In this document: positions 1 through 7,426 of the stretch, one piece after another
How the letters are laid out: each line of letters opens with the position of its first letter
Position numbering within the stretch: the stretch's first letter is position 1
From: a virus
Virus genome (UHGV): UHGV-0280754
Strand: one strand, 5' to 3'
DNA length: 25,851 bases
Made by a program: the position numbers and the translations under genes
The notes under the pieces: generated by a model
Database searches by the model: none
Told to the model about the DNA's origin: nothing
Seen by the model: only the letters and a program-made list of their open reading frames with translations

Positions 1-34
1 TGATGGCGATCGGGCAGGGCGTCAGGAGGGCGGC

Positions 35-217
35 ATGAGGCGACAGCGACGAAGTTTCACCGACATCATCTGCGAAAACTGCAAATACCTTCCAACGAAG
101 CGCTCCAGAAATAAACCCAAGCCAATCCCAAAAGAATCTGACGTAAAAACCTTCAATTACACGGCTCACCTGTGGGATATCCGGTGGCTTAGAGAACGTG
201 CGAGGAAAACAAGGTGA
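35..217 (+). CDS. ninE: NinE-like protein (60 aa)
   Basis: ORF with AGGAGG 6 nt upstream of the ATG; product [27 protein letters not shown]... matches lambda NinE as I remember it; sits in the expected position in the nin region. Confidence 0.8.
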   Translation: MRRQRRSFTDIICENCKYLPTKRSRNKPKPIPKESDVKTFNYTAHLWDIRWLRERARKTR

Positions 218-384
218 TTGACCAAAATCGAAGTTACGAACAAGGAAGTGTCGAGCGAGCTTTAACGTGCGCTAACTGCGGTCAGAAGCTGCATGTGCTG
301 GAAGTTCACGTGTGTGAGCACTGCTGCGCAGAACTGATGAGCGATCCGAATAGCTCAATGTACGAGGAAGAAGATGATGAGTGA
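214..384 (+). CDS. ninF: NinF-like protein (56 aa), probable GTG start overlapping the ninE stop
   Basis: Hand translation from GTG 214 gives [56 protein letters not shown], which matches lambda NinF from memory; too short to appear in the supplied ORF track. Confidence 0.6.
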   Translation: MIDQNRSYEQGSVERALTCANCGQKLHVLEVHVCEHCCAELMSDPNSSMYEEEDDE

Positions 385-595
385 TTCGTTTAGTAGCTCT
401 GATTATTTGTATTTGGTTTTAGTACCTGTGGCAGAAGTATTCCGCTCTCGATTTCCTGAAGGCTCAGCACCATTTAATGCCATTAGCACTTACTCAAAAT
501 GCAGAGTGAAATTTACAGGTAAGCGGCTGGAAAGAGAGTGGCAGCAATTCTGCAAAAAACATGACCTAAAAAATGACCCTGAACTGGAGTATTAA
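374..595 (+). CDS. Hypothetical protein (73 aa) occupying the slot between ninF and the DUF1364 gene
   Basis: ORF with AGGAAG upstream; overlaps ninF end by 11 nt; the next ORF starts 1 nt after its stop. No family recognised. Confidence 0.4.
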   Translation: MMSDSFSSSDYLYLVLVPVAEVFRSRFPEGSAPFNAISTYSKCRVKFTGKRLEREWQQFCKKHDLKNDPELEY

Positions 596-886
596 ATGGC
601 TAATCTACGCAAAGAAGCACGCGGCAGAGAATGCCAGGTACGTATTTACGGCGTATGCAATGGCAATCCTGAAACTACAGTTCTGGCACATTACCGGATG
701 GCTGGAATTTGCGGAACGGGAATGAAGCCTGACGACCTGATCGGCGCATGGGCTTGTAGCGCGTGTCACGATGAAATCGACCGACGCACCCATAATCTCG
801 ACAACAAAGACGCCAGACTTTACCACCTCGAAGGCGTAATCAGGACGCAGGCGATACTGCTGAAGGAGGGGAAGATTAAGTCATGA
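596..886 (+). CDS. DUF1364-family protein (YbcO-like, 96 aa), Cys/His-rich putative metal-binding nin-region protein
   Basis: 96-aa product with C-x...C...H...C-x2-C-H pattern (CQVRIYGVCNG...LAHY...WACSACHDEIDRR); same size and position as ybcO upstream of rusA in the DLP12-type nin region (from memory); GGAG upstream; stop overlaps rusA start (ATGA). Confidence 0.7.
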   Translation: MANLRKEARGRECQVRIYGVCNGNPETTVLAHYRMAGICGTGMKPDDLIGAWACSACHDEIDRRTHNLDNKDARLYHLEGVIRTQAILLKEGKIKS

Positions 887-1245
887 ACGAATATCAGTTT
901 GTGCTTCCATACCCGCCGTCGGTGAACACCTACTGGCGAAGACGGGGAAGCCAATACTACATCAGCGATAAAGGCCAGAAATACCGAAAAGACGTTCAGC
1001 AAATCATCCGCCAACTCAAGTTAGACATTTTCACCAAATCACGACTCCGCATCAAAGTAATCGCAGACGTTCCAGACTCCCGCCGCCGCGACCTCGATAA
1101 CATCCTGAAAGGTTTACTCGACTCCCTTATCCACGCCGGATTTGCGGAAGACGACGAGCAATTCGATGACATTCGCGTAATTCGTGGTGTGAAAGTACCA
1201 GGCGGACGGCTTGGAATAAAAATCACCGAACTGGAGAAAGTATGA
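883..1245 (+). CDS. rusA: Holliday junction resolvase RusA (120 aa)
   Basis: Product aligns by eye along its length with E. coli RusA (LPYPPSVNTYW..., DLDNILKGLLDSL..., GGRL.I.ITEL); ATGA overlap with upstream gene. Confidence 0.9.
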   Translation: MNEYQFVLPYPPSVNTYWRRRGSQYYISDKGQKYRKDVQQIIRQLKLDIFTKSRLRIKVIADVPDSRRRDLDNILKGLLDSLIHAGFAEDDEQFDDIRVIRGVKVPGGRLGIKITELEKV

Positions 1246-1430
1246 ACGCCACAATTCAAACGATACCAGAGCTTCTTATCCAGACACGAGGCAATCAGAC
1301 CGAAGTGGCGAGGATGCTTTCCTGCGCAAGAGGAACAGTGCTCAAGTACAACCGAGACAGCAAAGGTGAGCGTCACGTAATAGTTAACGGCGTCCTGATG
1401 GTCAAACAGGGCAAGAGGGGTAGACCATGA
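1242..1430 (+). CDS. ninH: NinH-like protein (62 aa)
   Basis: Product contains GNQTEVARML.C.RGTV.KY...G....IVNGVLMV, matching lambda NinH from memory; ATGA overlaps with rusA and with Q. Confidence 0.85.
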   Translation: MNATIQTIPELLIQTRGNQTEVARMLSCARGTVLKYNRDSKGERHVIVNGVLMVKQGKRGRP

Positions 1431-2050
1431 GACTCGAAAGCGTAGCTAAATTTCATTCGCCAAAAAGCCCGATGATGAGCGACTCACCACGGGCCACGGC
1501 TTCTGACTCTCTTTCCGGTACTGATGTGATGGCTGCTATGGGGATGGCGCAATCACAAGCCGGATTCGGAATGGCTGCATTCTGCGGTAAGCATGAACTC
1601 AGCCAGAACGACAAACAAAAGGCTATCAACTATCTGATGCAATTTGCACACAAGGTATCGGGGAAATACCGTGGTGTGGCAAAGCTTGAAGGAAATACTA
1701 AGGCAAAGGTACTGCAAGTTCTCGCAACATTCGCTTATGCGGATTATTGCCGTAGTGCCGCGACGCCGGGTGCAAGATGCAGAGATTGTCACGGTACTGG
1801 CCGGGCCGTTGATATTGCCAAAACAGAACGGTGGGGGAGAGTTGTCGAGAAAGAGTGCGGAAGATGCAAAGGCGTCGGCTATTCAAGGATGCCAGCAAGC
1901 GCAGCATATCGCGCTGTGACGATGCTAATCCCAAACCTTACCCAACCCACCTGGTCACGCACTGTTAAGCCGCTGTATGACGCTCTGGTGGTGCAATGCC
2001 ACAAAGAAGAGTCAATCGCAGACAACATTTTGAATGCGGTCACACGTTAG
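1427..2050 (+). CDS. Q: Late-gene antiterminator Q (207 aa), lambda type
   Basis: 207-aa product (MRLESVAKFHSPKSP...CRDCHGTGRAVD...ECGRCKGVGYSR...) that I recognise as lambda Q almost residue for residue; followed by a pR'-like promoter. Confidence 0.95.
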   Translation: MRLESVAKFHSPKSPMMSDSPRATASDSLSGTDVMAAMGMAQSQAGFGMAAFCGKHELSQNDKQKAINYLMQFAHKVSGKYRGVAKLEGNTKAKVLQVLATFAYADYCRSAATPGARCRDCHGTGRAVDIAKTERWGRVVEKECGRCKGVGYSRMPASAAYRAVTMLIPNLTQPTWSRTVKPLYDALVVQCHKEESIADNILNAVTR

Positions 2051-2092
2051 CAGCATGATTGCCACGGATGGCAACAAATTAACGGCATAATA

Positions 2093-2121
2093 TTGACTTT
2101 TTGAATAAAGTTGGGTAAATT
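2093..2121 (+). promoter_or_regulatory. pR'-like late promoter: -35 TTGACT (2093-2098), 17-bp spacer, -10 TAAATT (2116-2121); qut-type Q loading site expected here
   Basis: Near-consensus sigma70 hexamers with 17-bp spacing about 45 bp downstream of the Q stop, in the position of lambda pR'. Confidence 0.6.
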
Positions 2122-2157
2122 TGACTCAACGATGGATAAATGCACTCGTTAAATAAA

Positions 2158-2185
2158 GCCCTGAGTTAATAGCTCGGGGCTTTTT
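2158..2185 (+). terminator. Intrinsic terminator (tR'-like) about 30-57 nt downstream of the predicted pR' start
   Basis: 8-bp stem GCCCTGAG (2158-2165) pairing with CTCGGGGC (2173-2180, one G-U pair), 7-nt loop, then TTTTT (2181-2185). Confidence 0.55.
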
Positions 2186-2725
2186 GCGTTTGCACAACAG
2201 GTAAGAGCATTGAACCCGCAGACCTCGCGGAATTGGTGAAAGGTGCCGCGCAGTGCTCTTATCGTTGTGGTGAATACGCAGGCTGATGCGTTAATCAGGT
2301 GAACGAGACACCCGCCGGTCCGTGATATGGCACACCGTGCCGGTCATATCTGCCGCGGTTAGGTTTACGAGGATTTCGTAAAGCTGGTCTAGGGTGAAGC
2401 CGTGAAAGCGGAGGAAGTAAAACGAGGCGTCGGTACACGCCTATCGTCATTAAGTCGGAGTTCAGCACCGACCGCCACAACCCAAACTGAGCCGTAGCCA
2501 CTGGCTGTCCTGAATTCATCAGTGATAGTTATGCTGCGGCCTTCTACACATGACCTTCGTGAAAGCGGGTGGCAGGAGGTTGCGCTAACAGCCTCCTGCC
2601 GTTTTGCCCGTGCATATCGGTCACGAACAAATCTGATTACTAAACACAGTAGCCTGGATTTGTTCTATCAGTAATCGACCTTATTCCTAATTAAATAGAG
2701 CAAATCCCCTTATTGGGGGTAAGAC

Positions 2726-3049
2726 ATGAAGATGCCAGAAAAACATGACCTGTTAGCCGCCATTCTCGCGGCAAAGGAACAAGGCATCGGGGCAATCCTT
2801 GCGTTTGCAATGGCGTACCTTCGCGGCAGATATAATGGCGGTGCGTTTACAAAAACAGTAATCGACGCAACGATGTGCGCCATTATCGCCTGGTTCATTC
2901 GTGACCTTCTCGACTTCGCCGGACTAAGTAGCAATCTCGCTTATATAACGAGCGTGTTCATCGGCTACATCGGTACTGACTCGATTGGTTCGCTTATCAA
3001 ACGCTTCGCTGCTAAAAAAGCCGGAGTAGAAGATGGTGGAAATCAATAA
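2726..3049 (+). CDS. S: Holin S (107 aa) with dual-start Met1-Lys2-Met3 motif (holin/antiholin)
   Basis: Product [25 protein letters not shown]... recognised as lambda S; hydrophobic helices; CCCC-TTATT-GGGG hairpin just upstream of the start codons, consistent with the sdi-type structure of lambda S. Confidence 0.95.
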   Translation: MKMPEKHDLLAAILAAKEQGIGAILAFAMAYLRGRYNGGAFTKTVIDATMCAIIAWFIRDLLDFAGLSSNLAYITSVFIGYIGTDSIGSLIKRFAAKKAGVEDGGNQ

Positions 3050-3509
3050 TCAACGTAAGGCGTTCCTCGATATGCTGGCGTGGTCGGAGGGAACTGATAA
3101 CGGACGTCAGAAAACCAAAAATAATGGTTATGACGTCATTGTAGGCGGAGAGCTATTCACTGATTACTCCGATCACCCTCGCAAACTTGTCACGCTAAAC
3201 CCCAAACTCAAATCAACAGCCGCCGGACGTTACCAGCTTCTTTCCCGTTGGTGGGATGCCTACCGTAAGCAGCTTGGCCTGAAAGACTTCTCTCCGAAAA
3301 GCCAGGACGCTGTGGCATTGCAGCAGATTAAGGAGCGTGGCGCTTTGCCGATGATTGATCGTGGTGATATTCGTCAGGCAATTGACCGTTGCAGCAATAT
3401 CTGGGCTTCACTGCCGGGCGCTGGTTATGGTCAGTTCGAGCATAAGGCTGACAGCCTGATTGCAAAATTCAAAGAGGCTGGCGGAACGGTCAGAGAGATT
3501 GAGGTATGA
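3033..3509 (+). CDS. R: Endolysin R (lytic transglycosylase, 158 aa)
   Basis: Product [24 protein letters not shown]... recognised as lambda R; start overlaps the end of S as in lambda. Confidence 0.95.
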   Translation: MVEINNQRKAFLDMLAWSEGTDNGRQKTKNNGYDVIVGGELFTDYSDHPRKLVTLNPKLKSTAAGRYQLLSRWWDAYRKQLGLKDFSPKSQDAVALQQIKERGALPMIDRGDIRQAIDRCSNIWASLPGAGYGQFEHKADSLIAKFKEAGGTVREIEV

Positions 3510-3943
3510 GCAGAGTCACCGCGATTATCTCCGCTCTGGTTATCTGCATCATCGTCTGTCTGTCATGGGCTGTTAATCATTACCGTGATAACGCCATTAC
3601 CTATAAAGAACAGCGCGATAAAGCCACATCCATCATCGCTGACATGCAGAAGCGTCAACGTGATGTAGCAGAACTCGACGCCAGATACACAAAGGAGCTT
3701 GCTGATGCTAACGCGACTATCGAAAGTCTCCGTGCTGATGTTTCTGCTGGTCGTAAGCGCCTGCAAGTCGCCGCCACCTGTGCAAAGTCAACGACCGGAG
3801 CCAGCAGCATGGGCGATGGAGAAAGCCCAAGACTTACAGCAGATGCTGAACTCAATTATTACCGTCTCCGAAGTGGAATCGACAGGATAACCGCGCAGGT
3901 TAACTACCTGCAGGAGTACATCAGGACGCAATGCCTTCGATGA
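3506..3943 (+). CDS. Rz: Rz i-spanin (145 aa)
   Basis: N-terminal transmembrane helix ([18 protein letters not shown]) then coiled-coil periplasmic domain; the N-terminal ~35 residues match lambda Rz from memory, the rest diverges; ATGA overlap with R. Confidence 0.9.
   Translation: MSRVTAIISALVICIIVCLSWAVNHYRDNAITYKEQRDKATSIIADMQKRQRDVAELDARYTKELADANATIESLRADVSAGRKRLQVAATCAKSTTGASSMGDGESPRLTADAELNYYRLRSGIDRITAQVNYLQEYIRTQCLR
3705..3890 (+). CDS. Rz1: Rz1 o-spanin lipoprotein (61 aa) embedded in the +1 frame of Rz
   Basis: AGGAG (3693-3697) 7 nt before ATG 3705; signal peptide ending in lipobox LVVSAC, then proline-rich mature region; the ORF-track entry 3699 begins at a TTG two codons upstream. 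Confidence 0.8.
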   Translation: MLTRLSKVSVLMFLLVVSACKSPPPVQSQRPEPAAWAMEKAQDLQQMLNSIITVSEVESTG

Positions 3944-4119
3944 TAGCGATAATTTTACTCATCATCCTTCACATCTGGCTCTGTAGACAGGGTGATGATC
4001 ACTTCTGGAGTGAATCCAGATTAAACATCTCATTGCTGATGCTTGATATTGAGCATCTGGCGCGCGGTAAGGGGCTGCGTTGAGATAAGAGCCAGTTCAT
4101 TACAAATACCCAGGATTTA

Positions 4120-4142
4120 GCCTCGCATTCGCGGGGCTTTTT
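4120..4142 (+). terminator. Intrinsic terminator downstream of Rz
   Basis: Stem GCCTCGC (4120-4126) / GCGGGGC (4131-4137, one G-U pair), loop ATTC, then TTTTT (4138-4142). Confidence 0.55.
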
Positions 4143-4409
4143 ATTCCCAACTCCATAGGTAATTTTATGACCCAGCATATTGGCGTAAAACTGATTAACG
4201 CCTTTCCGATGACGAGACAGGCATATAACGATTTTCGTGGCTGGCAGCTTCCTGCCGGAGAAAACGGCTAGGACGAAGGCTATCTGGTTGAATATCTGGA
4301 TGGCGGAAAACCTAACACCGATCGCTTTGATGGCTACGTTAGCTGGAGTCCAAAAGAAGTATTCGAAAAGGCTTATCGTCCGGTATCAGGGCTAAGTTTC
4401 GGCCTTGCC

Positions 4410-4646
4410 ATGGAAGCGTTAAAACAGGGCAAAAGTTTGCAGCGGGCAGGATGGAATGGGAAAGACCAGTTTGTTTATCTCGTGAAAGGGGAAAAATTAG
4501 CGTCTGCGTTGGGTTATGGCTTTGGCGAATATGTTGGCGAGCCAACTTTCAATGACACGCTTGTATTGAAAAACTCACAGAACCGCCTTGCTACATGGGT
4601 TCCATCCATTGGCGACCTGATGGCTGAAGACTGGCAAATCATTTAA
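4410..4646 (+). CDS. DUF2829-like domain ORF (78 aa); same frame as upstream ORF 4167-4271 and separated from it only by an in-frame TAG (see findings)
   Basis: Product begins MEALKQGKSLQRAGWNGKDQFVYL, the N-terminal motif I associate with DUF2829 (the family that includes Thoeris anti-defence Tad2); no clear SD before ATG 4410, while AGGT precedes ATG 4167. Confidence 0.5.
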   Translation: MEALKQGKSLQRAGWNGKDQFVYLVKGEKLASALGYGFGEYVGEPTFNDTLVLKNSQNRLATWVPSIGDLMAEDWQII

Positions 4647-4940
4647 CCATGTAGGCATTACAAAGCCTATCTACGGGTGGGCTTGATAATGAAACCGGAA
4701 TTTATTCTGGGCAACCAGTTACGGCAGTACAGCGATACAACCCAAGCCAGTAAGTGGGGAAATAACACTGGCAGCCACTGAAAGATGAACCTCCAGCCTT
4801 ATGGCAAAAAAGATTCTTTGTGGTGGCGGACTGATGGAAAGACATCGGATAGAATAAAACAGTGGCTAGGGTAGCTCCCGAAAAGCGGAATCGTCACCGC
4901 CAGCCACTGAATCTATGACGAACAACTAGACGAGGTTGAT

Positions 4941-5183
4941 ATGAGTGAAATTGATAAAATAATAAATGGTACATGTAACTTTCAATCAATGCCGCCAGGT
5001 AGTTATGTAAAACAATGTAGTGAAATAGTTAATTGTCAGCTTGTAATGTCAAATGCAGGACGTGGAGTTTCTACGGATGAAAAAAAATCAATAAATGAAG
5101 CCCTGTTAAGCATCAATGTTTTTGACTTGTTTCGCCCATCTTGGGTTATCTTGCAAAATAGTAGCCAATTCCCACATTATTGA
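4941..5183 (+). CDS. Hypothetical protein (80 aa), AT-rich moron
   Basis: GAGGT 8 nt upstream of ATG; coding sequence visibly AT-rich compared with flanking phage genes; followed by its own terminator; no family recognised. Confidence 0.5.
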   Translation: MSEIDKIINGTCNFQSMPPGSYVKQCSEIVNCQLVMSNAGRGVSTDEKKSINEALLSINVFDLFRPSWVILQNSSQFPHY

Positions 5184-5200
5184 TAATTAATTATTAAATT

Positions 5201-5222
5201 GGTCGCTAAGTCGGCCTTTTTT
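5201..5222 (+). terminator. Intrinsic terminator after the AT-rich moron
   Basis: Stem GGTCG (5201-5205) / CGGCC (5212-5216, one G-U pair), 6-nt loop, then TTTTTT (5217-5222). Confidence 0.45.
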
Positions 5223-5329
5223 ATTGCCATCACAAAAGCCATTCCCTACAGAGTGGCTTTGATAATGGCTTATACCCTACACGGGATAACTTAACTGATA
5301 TCCCTTTTAACGGATAAACGGAGCCAACA

Positions 5330-5572
5330 ATGGCAGAGATTATTCCCATGACTGAAGAACAGAAATTCCAGTTAGAGATTTACAAACTGGTCATGAACCA
5401 GAACGCAGCAGCAGAAGAAGCATTTCAGTTCATTGGCACTGACGAACTGAAGCTTGAGCTATTCAAAATTCACTTCCAGTCAGGCGGCGCTAATTCAGAT
5501 ATCACGACCCGCACTATCGAAACGGTGCGTAAATCGAAGGAAGCGTTAGACCTGTTTACTACCGGAGCATAA
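5330..5572 (+). CDS. Hypothetical small acidic helical protein (80 aa) immediately upstream of the small terminase gene
   Basis: GGAG upstream of ATG; stop 2 nt before the small-terminase start; no family recognised. Confidence 0.5.
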   Translation: MAEIIPMTEEQKFQLEIYKLVMNQNAAAEEAFQFIGTDELKLELFKIHFQSGGANSDITTRTIETVRKSKEALDLFTTGA

Positions 5573-5574
5573 AC

Positions 5575-6015
5575 ATGGCGCGCCCAACAAAGTATCAAGA
5601 GGCGTACGCCGAACAGGCACGCAAACTGTGCTTGCTGGGCTACACCGATGCAGAGCTTGCTGATTTCTTCGAAGTCAGTGAGTCAACTATTAACAAGTGG
5701 AAGCTTGATTATCCTAAGTTTTCGGAGTCCATAAAAAAGGGTAAGGCCGTCGCTGATGCAGAAGTTAGTGATCGTCTTTATCAACGCGCTATGGGCTTCG
5801 TGGCTCCAGATATCGATATTCGTGTTATTGAAAACAGAATTGTCGAAACTCCGCTTGAGAAGTATTACCCGCCTGATACAACCGCTGCCATTTTCTGGCT
5901 TAAGAACCGACAGAAGGATAAATGGCGCGACAAGGTTGATCACGAGCTAACAGGCAAAGACGGCGGCGCAATCCAGATTGAAACATCACCGATGAGCACT
6001 CTATTCGGAAAATGA
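5575..6015 (+). CDS. Terminase small subunit (146 aa), Sf6/P22-like headful type
   Basis: Position directly upstream of and overlapping the large terminase; N-terminal HTH-like segment (GYTDAELADFFEVSESTINKW); size and C-terminal motif resemble Sf6-type small terminase from memory. Confidence 0.75.
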   Translation: MARPTKYQEAYAEQARKLCLLGYTDAELADFFEVSESTINKWKLDYPKFSESIKKGKAVADAEVSDRLYQRAMGFVAPDIDIRVIENRIVETPLEKYYPPDTTAAIFWLKNRQKDKWRDKVDHELTGKDGGAIQIETSPMSTLFGK

Positions 6016-7424
6016 CCTCGATTAATCCTATCTTTGAACCGTTCATTGAGGCGCATCGCTACAAAGTTGCCAAAGGCGGTCGAGGTAGCGGTAAGTCATG
6101 GGCAATCGCGAGACTGCTTGTTGAAGCGGCGCGTCGGCAGCCAGTGCGTATTCTCTGCGCTCGTGAACTGCAAAACAGTATCAGCGATTCGGTAATCCGG
6201 CTGCTTGAAGACACCATAGAGCGTGAAGGGTATACGGCTGAGTTTGAAATTCAGCGTTCCATGATTCGTCATCTCGGAACGAATGCTGAGTTCATGTTCT
6301 ACGGCATCAAAAACAACCCGACGAAGATTAAATCGCTCGAAGGTATTGATATTTGCTGGGTGGAAGAAGCGGAAGCGGTAACGAAGGAATCATGGGATAT
6401 CCTGATACCAACCATCCGCAAGCCGTTTTCCGAAATATGGGTGAGCTTTAACCCGAAGAACATACTCGACGATACCTATCAGCGATTCGTTGTAAATCCT
6501 CCCGATGATATTTGCCTGCTGACGGTGAACTACACCGACAACCCGCATTTTCCTGAAGTTCTCCGTCTGGAGATGGAAGAGTGTAAACGCAGAAATCCGA
6601 CACTGTATCGTCACATCTGGCTTGGTGAGCCAGTGAGCGCAAGTGATATGGCAATCATCAAACGTGAATGGCTTGAAGCTGCAACCGATGCGCACAAGAA
6701 ACTCGGATGGAAAGCGAAAGGTGCGGTTGTCTCTGCGCATGACCCGTCAGATACAGGACCGGATGCTAAAGGTTACGCATCGCGTCACGGTTCGGTAGTT
6801 AAGCGCATTGCCGAAGGTCTGCTGATGGACATCAACGAGGGTGCTGACTGGGCTACTTCGCTGGCGATTGAAGACGGCGCTGACCATTACCTGTGGGATG
6901 GTGATGGTGTTGGTGCCGGGCTACGCAGACAGACAACGGAAGCGTTCTCCGGCAAGAAAATCACCGCCACGATGTTCAAAGGCAGCGAATCGCCATTCGA
7001 TGAAGATGCGCCGTATCAGGCCGGAGCATGGGCTGATGAAGTCGTACAGGGTGACAACGTTCGCACTATTGGCGATGTGTTTCGCAATAAGCGAGCGCAA
7101 TTCTATTACGCGCTGGCTGACAGGCTGTATCTGACATATCGGGCGGTTGTCCACGGTGAGTATGCAGACCCAGACGACATGCTGAGTTTCGACAAAGAAG
7201 CGATAGGCGAGAAGATGCTGGAGAAGCTGTTTGCAGAACTGACGCAGATTCAGCGCAAATTCAATAATAACGGGAAGCTGGAGCTTATGACTAAGGTCGA
7301 AATGAAGCAGAAGCTCGGTATTCCATCTCCTAACCTGGCTGATGCGCTGATGATGTGTATGCATTGCCCGGCATTGGTCCGCGAAGAAACAGAAATATAC
7401 GTTCCCTCATCCTCCGGTTGGTAA
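6012..7424 (+). CDS. Terminase large subunit (470 aa)
   Basis: N-terminal Walker A-like ATPase motif (KGGRGSGKS), Walker B-like ICWVEEAE, C-terminal nuclease-type acidic residues; 470 aa as in Sf6 gp2 (from memory). Confidence 0.92.
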   Translation: MTSINPIFEPFIEAHRYKVAKGGRGSGKSWAIARLLVEAARRQPVRILCARELQNSISDSVIRLLEDTIEREGYTAEFEIQRSMIRHLGTNAEFMFYGIKNNPTKIKSLEGIDICWVEEAEAVTKESWDILIPTIRKPFSEIWVSFNPKNILDDTYQRFVVNPPDDICLLTVNYTDNPHFPEVLRLEMEECKRRNPTLYRHIWLGEPVSASDMAIIKREWLEAATDAHKKLGWKAKGAVVSAHDPSDTGPDAKGYASRHGSVVKRIAEGLLMDINEGADWATSLAIEDGADHYLWDGDGVGAGLRRQTTEAFSGKKITATMFKGSESPFDEDAPYQAGAWADEVVQGDNVRTIGDVFRNKRAQFYYALADRLYLTYRAVVHGEYADPDDMLSFDKEAIGEKMLEKLFAELTQIQRKFNNNGKLELMTKVEMKQKLGIPSPNLADALMMCMHCPALVREETEIYVPSSSGW

Positions 7425-7426
7425 AC

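Noticed and set aside
2295-2519. 74-aa minus-strand ORF in the late leader between pR' and S
   Set aside because: No SD before its start; Arg/Pro-rich product; region behaves as a structured non-coding leader.
3944-4166. Looked for a bor-like lipoprotein gene on the minus strand after Rz, as in lambda
   Set aside because: No minus-strand ORF with a signal peptide or lipobox is present; the segment holds only a terminator hairpin.
4689-4781. 30-codon ORF (MKPEFILGNQLRQYSDTTQASKWGNNTGSH) in the non-coding gap
   Set aside because: Too short, no SD, no recognisable features; cannot be supported as a gene.
6921-7364. 147-aa minus-strand ORF, plus 6390-6740 and 6448-6654, inside the large terminase gene
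   Set aside because: Antisense to a confidently identified terminase with Walker motifs; no independent support.
7355-7426. N-terminal extension of the portal ORF given in the ORF track (start 7355)
   Set aside because: The extension overlaps the last 70 nt of the terminase gene in another frame; the first ATG after the terminase stop (7427) gives a product beginning MAETLEKK, which is more plausible. Start remains uncertain.
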